From the NCBI GenBank assembly GCA_002731775.1, contig PCCP01000082.1, positions 2,091 through 66,090 of the forward strand: a stretch of 64,000 bases of DNA, given 5' to 3'. Of the stretch, positions 17,656 through 26,620 are shown piece by piece. The position numbers and the translations under genes are program-made. Below the pieces are notes generated by a model. That model ran no database searches and was not told where the DNA came from. It saw only the letters and a list, made by a program, of their open reading frames with translations. This DNA comes from Gammaproteobacteria bacterium (GTDB lineage: Bacteria > Pseudomonadota > Gammaproteobacteria > Pseudomonadales > Pseudohongiellaceae). Position 1 is the stretch's first letter, and each line of letters starts with the position of its first letter.

Positions 17656-18651
17656 ATGAAAGCCACCAACCGCATTATTCTTTTTGTCGCACTGTCTTGC
17701 GGTGCATTTACCAGCAGTACGATCCTGGCCCAGGTGCCAGTGCGCAATGAAACACCCAGGGCTGGTCAGCAGGAAATCATCATGATGCGCCATGCTTATC
17801 TCGAAGCAGGTCAGTATGAATACTGGAAAGAGCAGAGTTACACCGGCGTGTGGCCCTGGTTCGAAAGGCTGGGTGCCCGCATTATTGGCGATTTCGAAAT
17901 CGTCTATCCTGTGGGTGAAGATGAGACCCCCGGCCAGGACGAAGCGCTGCGTTTCGCTCGCTATGCCAGTTACGAACACTGGCAAGCCACCCGAGCCGCA
18001 TCGCCTGACAATCCTACCGGTGGCTCGCTTCGACTGTCCGGTAGCGGGCCACTTTATGACGCCAACAACGAAGGATTGCGCAATAGAAGAACCGTTGCCC
18101 AGGGCTCGAAAGAAGCGGTATTCCTGCGGGGTTACATGGCGGAAACCCGACCTGTCTTTATGCCAGGTACAGCAGAAGAGTTTGAATTAACTGATGGAGA
18201 TAGCGACGTTAATCCGGTAGCACTCGCCCGCTCGGAACCTGGGGACGAACTACTGCTGCTGAGTCATGACAAAGTCACGAAAGGCAGCTTCGAAGAAGTA
18301 CATGCTATAAGCAGAGACGGCGTATGGCCTTACATGGAAAAAATCGGCGTGCGCCCGGTCGGTAAGTGGCGAGTAGTCTATTTGCAACCCAGTACTCCGG
18401 TGGAAAATGGTGACTATGATGAAGTTTATACCTTGTACCGCATCGCCAGCATCGACCATTATCAAGCGATCATGGGAGATATTGTGGCACTGGGTGGAGA
18501 TGGACCTGACTATGATCTGCTGGTGTCCAGTCTGCAAAAAATAGGGGCTCTGACCCAGGAAACTACACGCAGGTTTCTGCGTGGGGCGCTTTGGGGAAGC
18601 CCTCCAAGTTACGCACCTCCCTTAGACTCCGATTATCGATTGGCTAACTGA
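17656..18651 (+). CDS. exported protein with two NIPSNAP-like (dimeric alpha/beta-barrel) halves
   Basis: Start moved to ATG 17656 (MKATNRIILFVALSCGAFTSSTILA). Two similar halves: GQYEYWKEQSYTGVWPWFERLGARIIGDFEIVY and SFEEVHAISRDGVWPYMEKIGVRPVGKWRVVY. Confidence 0.5.
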   Translation: MKATNRIILFVALSCGAFTSSTILAQVPVRNETPRAGQQEIIMMRHAYLEAGQYEYWKEQSYTGVWPWFERLGARIIGDFEIVYPVGEDETPGQDEALRFARYASYEHWQATRAASPDNPTGGSLRLSGSGPLYDANNEGLRNRRTVAQGSKEAVFLRGYMAETRPVFMPGTAEEFELTDGDSDVNPVALARSEPGDELLLLSHDKVTKGSFEEVHAISRDGVWPYMEKIGVRPVGKWRVVYLQPSTPVENGDYDEVYTLYRIASIDHYQAIMGDIVALGGDGPDYDLLVSSLQKIGALTQETTRRFLRGALWGSPPSYAPPLDSDYRLAN

Positions 18652-18683
18652 AAATTGGGAAAAGACCAAAGCTTAGACTTTTC

Positions 18684-18708
18684 TAAAAACGTGGTCTGTC
18701 CCGAATTT
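18684..18708. repeat. R2-type half-site
   Basis: TAAAAACGTGGTCTGTCCCGAATTT, 13 nt upstream of ATG 18722. Confidence 0.75.
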
Positions 18709-18721
18709 ACTTGGAACTATA

Positions 18722-19105
18722 ATGCGAAATTCACTGCTACAAATTGTAGGCCGGGCTGTATTAAATAGATGTCTGATTTGCGTGCTGATCACTGTAGCTT
18801 TGGTCAGTTCAGCCACCGCCGCTGCGCTAAGCTTTCAGGAATTCAGTGTCGACATCCCCGACGACTGGAATTACGGAATTGATGAGCTTCGATTTGCTAA
18901 TAGCCCTGGGTTTGGAGCTACCACAACAATCTCCCGGCCCGGGGACAGTGGAGAGCTAACGATTGTATCCTACCAATCACCGGTTATTGCGGATGAGTCA
19001 GTACTTCGAAACTTCACCAATGTTGATTCATCGGTGCAGCTCGACCTGGAAGAGTGGGGTGACTTCGCAGGCTATCGATACAGCTACCGTGAGAATGATG
19101 CCTAA
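18722..19105 (+). CDS. hypothetical exported protein (possibly interrupted by an in-frame TAA)
   Basis: 127-aa ORF with signal-anchor-like N-terminus. The same frame stays open for 44 more codons after the TAA at 19103-19105. Confidence 0.45.
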   Translation: MRNSLLQIVGRAVLNRCLICVLITVALVSSATAAALSFQEFSVDIPDDWNYGIDELRFANSPGFGATTTISRPGDSGELTIVSYQSPVIADESVLRNFTNVDSSVQLDLEEWGDFAGYRYSYRENDA

Positions 19106-19292
19106 TTCCTGCAATGGTGGCTATCGAATCGAACGACGAACCTTATCCTAGTCTACGAAAGCGAAACGGCAGTAACCCCAGGAGAAATTCAGATAATAGA
19201 GTCAATGGTCGCTTCGATAAGAGTTGTTTCCAGGCAATAAATGGGCGCCGGTCCTTTATTCCTGTAGGGAAAATAATTCTGTCCCGATAATA

Positions 19293-19318
19293 AAAAGGGA
19301 CTCAAATGAGTCCCTTTT
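19293..19318. terminator. bidirectional rho-independent-type terminator hairpin
   Basis: AAAAGGGACTC-AAAT-GAGTCCCTTTT: perfect 11-bp stem with A-run and T-run flanks, between convergent 18722..19105 and 19343..20521. Confidence 0.7.
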
Positions 19319-19342
19319 CTTTGTTAACCGCCAGAATACAGA

Positions 19343-20521
19343 TCAGTCAATCGGCTCCAGCCGCACGACGGCCGTGGTCTCGAAATTTCCTCTTCCGCCG
19401 CCATTACCATCTGAAATGGCCAGGTAAATATAACCATCTGGACCCTGACGCACATCACGAAGCCGACCCATGCCATAGGCCAGGGTTTCTTCGACTATTA
19501 CTTCGCGGTAATCGTCGCTCATGTGGAGACGTGCCAGTTGCTCCCCGATCAGGGCGCCGGAAATGATGCTGCCGTACCACAGAGGGAACTTGTCGCCCGT
19601 ATAGACCATGAGGCCCGATGTGGCAATTGACGGTACCCAGAAATGGGTCGGTTGCGTCATGCCATCCTGACCGATGGCCTCATGGATTGGGCGGCCGACC
19701 GCACCATAGTTTACGCCACGGCCTATAACAGGCCAGCCATAATTGTTCCCTGGTTCGATCAGGTTGAGCTCGTCTCCACCCTGGGGGCCGTGCTCGGACT
19801 CCCACAGATCGCCGTTTTCCGGGTGTATCGCCAGACCCTGGGGGCTGCGGTGACCATAACTCCAGATTTCCGGAAGTGCGTCGCTACGGCCGACAAACGG
19901 ATTGTCGCTGGGCACGCTGCCATCATCATTCAGGCGCACAATGACCCCCTGGTGATTAGTCAGATCCTGCGCCGGGTGCGCGGCCAGGTCCCCTCTGGCA
20001 GGAGCCTGGCGTTCCCCGAGAGTCAGGAACAGGTAGCCGTCGTTATCGAATACCATCTTGCCACCGTAGTGTCCGAAGCCGACCGCTTGCGCAGAGAAGA
20101 TTTCCACCACATTGGTCAATTGATCATTTTCGAAACGTCCTCGGACTACCGCAGTGACCGAAGTTTCCCCTTCTTCCTTGGCATAACTCAGGTAAACCCA
20201 GCGGTTATCGCTGAAATTTGGATGTGGTAAGACTTCGAACAGTCCGCCCTGGCCCGTGTAAAATACTTCGGGCACGCCCGGTACCGCTTCCGGCAACAGT
20301 CGCCCATCTCGAATGATTCTCAATCGACCGGGTTTTTCCGTAACCAGCATGTCACCACCCGGCAGCCAGGCCATGGACCAGGGTTGCAGCAGGCCATCCG
20401 CAACCGTCACCACCTGATAATCATGGTGGGCCGCATAGTAGATATTAGATTGCGCACTGGCCGCAGCCGCGGCTATCACCAGCAGGCCGGCACCAGCAAG
20501 CTTTATTAGATAACGAAACAT
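19343..20521 (-). CDS. soluble PQQ-dependent sugar (aldose/sorbosone) dehydrogenase, YliI/GSDH family
   Basis: 392 aa with signal peptide. Motifs GLLQPWSMAWLPGGDMLVTEKPGRLRII, HYGGKMVFDNDGYLFLTLGE, SYGHRSPQGLAIHPENGDLWESEHGPQGGDELNLIEPGNNYGWP. Confidence 0.85.
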   Translation of the reverse strand: MFRYLIKLAGAGLLVIAAAAASAQSNIYYAAHHDYQVVTVADGLLQPWSMAWLPGGDMLVTEKPGRLRIIRDGRLLPEAVPGVPEVFYTGQGGLFEVLPHPNFSDNRWVYLSYAKEEGETSVTAVVRGRFENDQLTNVVEIFSAQAVGFGHYGGKMVFDNDGYLFLTLGERQAPARGDLAAHPAQDLTNHQGVIVRLNDDGSVPSDNPFVGRSDALPEIWSYGHRSPQGLAIHPENGDLWESEHGPQGGDELNLIEPGNNYGWPVIGRGVNYGAVGRPIHEAIGQDGMTQPTHFWVPSIATSGLMVYTGDKFPLWYGSIISGALIGEQLARLHMSDDYREVIVEETLAYGMGRLRDVRQGPDGYIYLAISDGNGGGRGNFETTAVVRLEPID

Positions 20522-20560
20522 TTTTTTCCCTCTCTCTTACTTAATGCAGGTTTGCACAGG

Positions 20561-20595
20561 ATAAATGGGGTCGGAGTAAATATACAGTAGTTTTT
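20561..20595. repeat. R4-type half-site
   Basis: ATAAATGGGGTCGGAGTAAATATACAGTAGTTTTT, 40 nt upstream (minus strand) of start 20521. Confidence 0.75.
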
Positions 20596-20605
20596 GGTGC
20601 AGTAC

Positions 20606-20645
20606 GGGGTCAGGTCTTGCGTGTTAGCAAGCAAGACCTGACCCC
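20606..20645. repeat. R3-type compact hairpin
   Basis: GGGGTCAGGTCTTGC-GTGTTAGCAA-GCAAGACCTGACCCC: perfect 15-bp arms. Confidence 0.85.
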
Positions 20646-20653
20646 AAGAGCTT

Positions 20654-21106
20654 CTATTTCCTCTTCTGGTACAGCACAATCGGATTAAAGCTCATCACCA
20701 GCTCATCGTTGTGATTAAACACCTCGTTATGCATGAACACCGAGCCCATGTCCGGGCGTGAGCGGGATTCCCGCTTGTCCAGTATTGTGCTCTTGATCCG
20801 CAAGGTATCGCCGGGGAATACCGGTTTGGTCCAGCGCAGTTCATCGATGCCCGGTGAACCCAGTGAGCCCGAATCACCCTCCGGCATATTGTCCACGGTC
20901 ATCCGCATCGCCATGGCGCAGGTGTGCCAGCCGGAGGCACACAGCCCACCAAAGTGCATGGCCTTGCCGGCTTCCTCTGACAGGTGAAACGGTTGCGGGT
21001 CGTACTTCGACGCAAACTCGATAATCTCTTCTGCCGTTACGTGATACTCGCCGAATTCATGGCTGGCGCCGACTTCAAAGTCTTGAAAACAGAGGGGTGT
21101 AGGCAT
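20654..21106 (-). CDS. MaoC-like (R)-hydratase hot-dog fold protein
   Basis: 150 aa. DPQPFHLSEEAGKAMHFGGLCASGWH ... PVFPGDTLRIKSTILDKRES is typical of MaoC dehydratases. Confidence 0.8.
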   Translation of the reverse strand: MPTPLCFQDFEVGASHEFGEYHVTAEEIIEFASKYDPQPFHLSEEAGKAMHFGGLCASGWHTCAMAMRMTVDNMPEGDSGSLGSPGIDELRWTKPVFPGDTLRIKSTILDKRESRSRPDMGSVFMHNEVFNHNDELVMSFNPIVLYQKRK

Positions 21107-21177
21107 TGGCTCAATCTCCCTGGGAACTGGTGACTTCCTTACAATGAGGTGGAAAAAGGGGTGAGTACATACGTGAT

Positions 21178-21228
21178 AAAAAGGGACAGAACTATTTTCC
21201 TGAAGAAAACAGATCTGTCCCTATTTTC
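21178..21228. repeat. R1-type palindromic element
   Basis: AAAAAGGGACAGAACTATTTTCC TGAA GAAAACAGATCTGTCCCTATTTTC. Confidence 0.85.
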
Positions 21229-21245
21229 TAGCGTACTATAAATTG

Positions 21246-21267
21246 TTTTTACTCTGACCCCATTTAC
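21246..21267. repeat. R4-type half-site
   Basis: TTTTTACTCTGACCCCATTTAC, 18 nt upstream of ATG 21286. Confidence 0.8.
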
Positions 21268-21285
21268 CACTTATGGAGCAGGACC

Positions 21286-22137
21286 ATGGACAAAATCAGA
21301 CGCAAATTGCTCAAAACCGGCGTCGCCGCTACCTTGATGGCAGCGACACCGCAGGTGTTTTCACAACAGATTGGGCAATCCGGAGAAGCCATGTCTATCT
21401 ACGAAAGAGGCGATGTTAGCATCCGCTACGAAGAGTCGGGCTCTGGGTTTCCGTTGTTGCTTATAGCCGGCGGTGGCCTGGACTCCTCGATCGCAAGCAT
21501 CAAACGGGGCCGGCCATTTAATCCCATCGAAGAGTTCAAAGGCGAGTACCGCACTATCGTGGCGGATCTGCGTAACGCCAACGGTGGGCAATCCAGTGGG
21601 CCGCTGGAGATCGAGCGGCCATGGGATTCGTTCACCGACGACCACCTGGGACTGATGGATCATCTGGGTATCGACAAATTCATGGTGTTGGGTTTTTGTA
21701 TCGGCGGGCCTTTTATCTGGAACCTGCTGGAGCGCGCACCGGATCGTGTCGTTGCGGCGGTGTTGGCGCAGCCCAGCGGGTTCAGTCCGGAACATCCCGA
21801 ACTATTCCACCAACGCAATATGGCGGGTTGGGGGCCTGAGTTTGTCAAACGTCGGCCCGAGATCAGCATGGAAATGGTAGACCAGTTCCTTACCGAGATG
21901 TACATCACCAATGGTGACTTCGTGTTTACAGTAACGCGCGATTTCGTGCGCAGCTGCCAAACCCCCGTACTAATTCTGCCCGATGATATTCCGGTACATC
22001 CCTACGCCGTTGCCATGGAAGCGGCAATGCTCGCACCAAATGCCGAGGTGAGCCTGTTTCCATGGAAACAGCCTGAGGAGAGAATAGCGCTTGCGGTTCG
22101 CCATATACGATCATTCCTCAGGGCGCATCGAAAATAA
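21286..22137 (+). CDS. alpha/beta-fold hydrolase with Tat-like leader
   Basis: 283 aa. Leader MDKIRRKLLKTGVAATLMAATPQVFS. Core GFPLLLIAGGG ... FMVLGFCIGG. Confidence 0.65.
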   Translation: MDKIRRKLLKTGVAATLMAATPQVFSQQIGQSGEAMSIYERGDVSIRYEESGSGFPLLLIAGGGLDSSIASIKRGRPFNPIEEFKGEYRTIVADLRNANGGQSSGPLEIERPWDSFTDDHLGLMDHLGIDKFMVLGFCIGGPFIWNLLERAPDRVVAAVLAQPSGFSPEHPELFHQRNMAGWGPEFVKRRPEISMEMVDQFLTEMYITNGDFVFTVTRDFVRSCQTPVLILPDDIPVHPYAVAMEAAMLAPNAEVSLFPWKQPEERIALAVRHIRSFLRAHRK

Positions 22138-22153
22138 ATCTGTCCCTATTTAC
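22130..22153. repeat. R1-type half-site
   Basis: GAAAATAAATCTGTCCCTATTTAC. It contains the TAA stop of 21286..22137. Confidence 0.8.
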
Positions 22154-22157
22154 GCTT

Positions 22158-22190
22158 AAACTACTGTATTTTTACCCTGGCCCCATTTAT
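22158..22190. repeat. R4-type half-site
   Basis: AAACTACTGTATTTTTACCCTGGCCCCATTTAT, 43 nt upstream of ATG 22234. Confidence 0.75.
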
Positions 22191-22233
22191 TCTTTTTCCT
22201 AGCGGGAAATCTAATTACCGTAGAGGCAAAATC

Positions 22234-24426
22234 ATGAAAACAAAAACACCATTATCGAGAATCACCCTTGCAGCTTGCCTGTTGGCCCTCGCGGCCTGCG
22301 GTCAGCCGGAGCAAGAAACCTCAGCTCAAGCTGAGCCAGTTGTCTCCGACGCGCCAGGTATCAGCTCCGATCAGAATGATATCGGGGGCGTCGTCACCAG
22401 TACTGACGGTCCTGAAGCCGGGGTATGGGTCATCGCCGAAACCGACGATTTACCAACTCTCTATTCAAAAACCGTTGTAACCGACGAGGACGGGCGCTAT
22501 CTCATGCCTGACCTGCCTGCGGCGCAGTATGACATTTGGGTGCGAGGTTACGGCCTGGTCGACTCGGAGAAAGTCAATGCCGTTCCCGGTCAATCCCTGG
22601 ATCTGAACGCGGTGATCGCGCCCGATGCCGCTGCGGCCGCTGCTTATTACCCTGCCGGGAACTGGTACTCGCTGTTGGAGATCCCGGCCAGGAGTGAATT
22701 TCCCGGTACCGGTGCGGACGGTAACGGTATTTCTCCCAATATTCACAACCAGGCTGACTTTATGCGGCGGGTGAGTAGCGGCGGCTGCCTGGCCTGTCAC
22801 CAGTTGGGCAACGCGGCAATCCGAAACATACCTGGCTTATTCAGTGGTTACGATACGTCAATTGAAGCCTGGGATCGTCGCGTGCGATCGGGCCAGGCCG
22901 GCGGCTCCATGAGCAGGGCCCTGGCCGGTATGGGTGGCCGAGCGCTGCAGATGTATGCCGACTGGACCGACCGGATTGCGGCCGGTGAGTTACCGCCGGT
23001 ACCGGAACGCCCTTCTGGCCTGGAACGCAACGTGGTCATTACCCAATGGGACTGGGCGGATCCCACCGCTTACCTGCACGATCTCGTTTCCACCGACAGG
23101 CGCGATCCGACCAGGAATGCTTACGGCAAAATCTATGGCGCCCTGGAAAACAGCGCGGATTATCTGCCGGTACTGGATCCCCAAACGAATACCATAGCCC
23201 AGATCCCAGTGTTCCCGGAAGACCCGGATTACAATCCCGAGCCGTCCCGTCCTATGGCGGAATCACCCTATTGGGGTGACGAACCGATCTGGGATGCCTC
23301 GACTACAGTACATAATCCCATGCTGGATCAGGATGGCAGAGTCTGGATCACTGCCCGGGCACGGGCCCCGCAAGATGTACCGGCGTTCTGCCAGGAAGGC
23401 TCCGATCACCCGTCTGCGCAGGCATTTCCATTGGGACGCTCCGGGCGACATCTCGGTGTCTATGATCCGGACACGGAAGTGTATACCCCGATCAATACCT
23501 GTTTCGGCACCCATCACCTGATGTTCGCCGAGGACGCAGACAATACCCTGTGGACCAGCGGCGGCGGCAGGGTGATCGGCTGGCTGAATACTCGCCAATA
23601 CCTGGAAACAGGCGATGCGGTGGCGGCTCAGGGGTGGACACCGTTCATTCTGGATACCAACGGCAACGGACGGCGGGACGAAGATTACGTTGAGCCGGAC
23701 CAAGCGGTTGACCCATCGCGGGACAAGCGCATCAACTCCGGTTTTTACGCCGTGTCGCCAGCGCCAGATGGGTCTGTGTGGGGCTCCAACCTCAGCTATC
23801 CCGGCGCCGTCGTGCGATTGATGCCGGGTGACGATCCCAGCGTTACCGCACTGACCGAATATTATGAACTGCCGCTCGATGCCAATGGCGATCCGATCGA
23901 GGGATTCTCGCCCCGCGGTATGGATGTCGACCGCAACGGTGTCGCCTGGGTAGCTCTGGCCAGTGGTCATATGGCGAGCTTCGACCGCTCCCTCTGCCAG
24001 GGTCCGTTGAACGGCCCGGAGGCGACAGGCCAGCACTGCGCGGAAGGCTGGACCTTCTATACCGAGCCACTGCCCCAGTTCAAGAATATCGATACGTCGG
24101 GCAGCTCCGAAGGCAGCTATTACACCTGGGTGGATCAGTTCGATACCTTCGGGCTGGGTGAAAACACGCCGATCAATACGGGAAATCAATCGGGCGCGCT
24201 GTTAGCGCTCAATGATGGCGAGTGGGTTCGCTTGCGGGTGCCTTATCCGTTGGGCTTCTACACCAAGTGGATTGATGGCCGTATAGATGACCCTGATGCT
24301 GGATGGAAAGGTCGTGGTTTGTGGACAACCTTTAGCAGCAGAGCGCCTTTTCATATGGAGACCGGTGCCGGGACATCGAGCAAGGTTTACCATTTTCAGA
24401 TGCGGCCTGACCCTTTAGCTAAATAG
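22234..24426 (+). CDS. lipoprotein with N-terminal carboxypeptidase-regulatory-like domain and a single heme-c motif
   Basis: 730 aa. Lipobox LLALAACGQ. GGVVTSTDGPEAGVWVIAETDD..TVVTDEDGRYLMPDLPAAQYDIWVRGYG. CXXCH = CLACH. Confidence 0.6.
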   Translation: MKTKTPLSRITLAACLLALAACGQPEQETSAQAEPVVSDAPGISSDQNDIGGVVTSTDGPEAGVWVIAETDDLPTLYSKTVVTDEDGRYLMPDLPAAQYDIWVRGYGLVDSEKVNAVPGQSLDLNAVIAPDAAAAAAYYPAGNWYSLLEIPARSEFPGTGADGNGISPNIHNQADFMRRVSSGGCLACHQLGNAAIRNIPGLFSGYDTSIEAWDRRVRSGQAGGSMSRALAGMGGRALQMYADWTDRIAAGELPPVPERPSGLERNVVITQWDWADPTAYLHDLVSTDRRDPTRNAYGKIYGALENSADYLPVLDPQTNTIAQIPVFPEDPDYNPEPSRPMAESPYWGDEPIWDASTTVHNPMLDQDGRVWITARARAPQDVPAFCQEGSDHPSAQAFPLGRSGRHLGVYDPDTEVYTPINTCFGTHHLMFAEDADNTLWTSGGGRVIGWLNTRQYLETGDAVAAQGWTPFILDTNGNGRRDEDYVEPDQAVDPSRDKRINSGFYAVSPAPDGSVWGSNLSYPGAVVRLMPGDDPSVTALTEYYELPLDANGDPIEGFSPRGMDVDRNGVAWVALASGHMASFDRSLCQGPLNGPEATGQHCAEGWTFYTEPLPQFKNIDTSGSSEGSYYTWVDQFDTFGLGENTPINTGNQSGALLALNDGEWVRLRVPYPLGFYTKWIDGRIDDPDAGWKGRGLWTTFSSRAPFHMETGAGTSSKVYHFQMRPDPLAK

Positions 24427-24530
24427 GGGCAGATTTATTTTCCCGGGCGGCCGCGACCACGGTGCTCGATACGCACGCAATAAATAGGGACAGAACTATT
24501 TTTCTACTGAAAATAAATCTGCCCCTATTT
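24421..24530. repeat. R1-type composite: perfect 22-nt outer inverted arms enclosing a third half-site
   Basis: AAATAGGGGCAGATTTATTTTC (24421-24442) and its exact reverse complement (24509-24530). Inner AAATAGGGACAGAACTATTTTT (24482-24503). Confidence 0.9.
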
Positions 24531-24715
24531 CTTTAAAACAGGTGCAGATCCGCACGCAACCAAGTTACTATATCAAGTGTTTGAAACCTGCTTAAAGTAA
24601 ATAGTTCGAACCAACAGTTATACACGATCAGCCCTGCCATCGGAGAACCTGCATAAAGTTCCAATTTTCGAGAAAGTCAGTCATTGCCACACCACTAGTT
24701 CTACTTTCATTTTTT

Positions 24716-25204
24716 GTGATCGGTCACAGCAATTCTCAGGATGCCGACAAGCAGCTGAGTGTCACAGATGATTTGTTTAAGTGCCTGACTGAGATGACGA
24801 AGTCCAGCGCCGGCGAATTTTTCGTCGATAACATACTGGGGAATCTGCAAGCCACCGTGGCGGTCGCCAACTCCGAAAGTGGGGGGAGCTATCCTGTTGG
24901 ATCTTTAATTTCATTAATTCCAAGCGAAGTCATGATCAAGCACGAAGCTGGCTGGAATGAGCTTACCAACGACTGGGAGTTTTTTGAGCTGACGGTATCG
25001 GAGCAAGGTTCTGAGATTGCTCTACGCGGCACCACCGAAGTAGTCAATCAATTCGGTGGTAATTGCTTCGGCTGCCACACACTGGCACGACCCGAATGGG
25101 ATTTGATTTGTGGAACCGGGCACGGCTGTGCTCCTCTACCAATAGATCGTGAGACTATCGCCAATATTCAGAATAGCGATCCACGTTGCATCAAAGAAAA
25201 CTAA
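24716..25204 (+). CDS. cytochrome P460-family-like heme protein
   Basis: 162-aa GTG ORF. NDWEFFEL ... GGNCFGCH resembles the W.F..F ... CXXCH layout of the P460 family. A hydrophobic leader is encoded upstream without a canonical start (see findings). Confidence 0.4.
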   Translation: MIGHSNSQDADKQLSVTDDLFKCLTEMTKSSAGEFFVDNILGNLQATVAVANSESGGSYPVGSLISLIPSEVMIKHEAGWNELTNDWEFFELTVSEQGSEIALRGTTEVVNQFGGNCFGCHTLARPEWDLICGTGHGCAPLPIDRETIANIQNSDPRCIKEN

Positions 25205-25450
25205 CAACTTGAAATTTTCATGACAGAGCAACAAAAGGTGGCTAAAATCACCACTCTTTTGTGATTCGATTCTCTGCTTCGTTTCGCAACTTCCTGAAAA
25301 TACAGCTAGAAGCAACCAACAAAACTCTTGAGCGTCTTCCTGTAGTGAACAACGATGTTACTGTGACTGTTATGTTGAGCAGCGTTGTCTGCATGACAGC
25401 AGTCATTCACATCGCTGAGCCGTAAACTTAGATAAATCCCGAAAACCACC

Positions 25451-26596
25451 ATGAGGCAAAAAATGTCAATGAATTCCACTTATCTTCAAATGTTTTCCAC
25501 CGTTACCGATGCCGGCGACGTGCGCCTGCAGCTACTCGAAAAGCCAACCCCACAACCCGAAACTAATCAGGTACTGGTGAAGATTGAGGCAACGCCAATA
25601 AATCCTTCAGATTTGGGTGTAATGTTTGGCTTGTCCGATATGGCTAACGCGAAATCATCTGGGGCCGGAAATGATACCGTATTGACTGCGCCGGTATCCC
25701 AGCAGGGCCTCAGGGTGATGAAAGCAAGACTGGGCCAGGCACTGGCTGTCGGTAATGAAGGTGCAGGCACCGTAGTTGCGACTGGTGACAGTGAACTGGC
25801 AAAAAGCCTTGAAGGGAAAATTGTCGCGGTGATGGGAGGCGGCATGTATGGGCAGTATCGATGCGTGGATGCCGCTTCATGTCTGCCTTTGTTAGAGGGT
25901 CATACCGCCAAAGATGGCGCGTCTAGTTTCGTCAACCCACTAACTGCACTTTCAATGATTGAAACCATGAAGTTGGAAGAGCACTCAGCACTCGTCCATA
26001 CCGCTGCCGCATCAAATCTTGGCCAGATGCTAGTTCGAATTTGTCAGGCAGATGGTGTTGAGCTTGTGAATATTGTTCGAAAAGAAGAACAAGCCACCCT
26101 ATTGCGCGACATGGGTGCAAAATACGTGGTCAATAGCAGCTCGGATAGTTTCATGGCTGACTTAACAGATGCCATCCATGCAACAGGTGCTACGCTTGGG
26201 TTTGATGCGACCGGCGGTGGCTCGCTTGCATCCAGTATACTCACTTGCATGGAAGCGGCGGCCGCTCGAACACCTGGCGGCTACAGTATTTATGGCTCGA
26301 TAAAACACAAACAAGTGTATCTCTACGGTGGTCTCGACACCTCTGCCACAGTTCTTAATCGAGGCTATGGAATGGCTTGGGGGGTTGGTGGTTGGTTGCT
26401 GCCGAATTTTCTTGCCAAAGCAGGAATGGAAGTAGCCGCTCGTTTGCGCACCCGCGTAGCCAATGAGTTAAAGACTAATTTTGCAAGCCACTACAGCGAC
26501 GAAATTTCTCTCTCTGAAGCTTTGCAAGCTGAGACTGTACAGCGATACGTGATGAAACAAACGGGGGAAAAGTTTCTGATTTGCCCACAAAAGTAA
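25451..26596 (+). CDS. medium-chain (zinc-type) dehydrogenase/quinone oxidoreductase family protein
   Basis: 381 aa. VLVKIEATPINPSDLGV and GNEGAGTVVATG match the MDR/enoyl-reductase pattern. Confidence 0.7.
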   Translation: MRQKMSMNSTYLQMFSTVTDAGDVRLQLLEKPTPQPETNQVLVKIEATPINPSDLGVMFGLSDMANAKSSGAGNDTVLTAPVSQQGLRVMKARLGQALAVGNEGAGTVVATGDSELAKSLEGKIVAVMGGGMYGQYRCVDAASCLPLLEGHTAKDGASSFVNPLTALSMIETMKLEEHSALVHTAAASNLGQMLVRICQADGVELVNIVRKEEQATLLRDMGAKYVVNSSSDSFMADLTDAIHATGATLGFDATGGGSLASSILTCMEAAAARTPGGYSIYGSIKHKQVYLYGGLDTSATVLNRGYGMAWGVGGWLLPNFLAKAGMEVAARLRTRVANELKTNFASHYSDEISLSEALQAETVQRYVMKQTGEKFLICPQK

Positions 26597-26620
26597 GCAA
26601 TGCCGGAACTAGTGCCGAAC

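Noticed and set aside
25205-25450. A 245-nt gap with a CAAAAGGTGG...CCACTCTTTTG hairpin as a candidate small RNA.
   Set aside because: There is only a weak imperfect stem consistent with a terminator for 24716..25204. No promoter or conserved structure can be judged from a single sequence.
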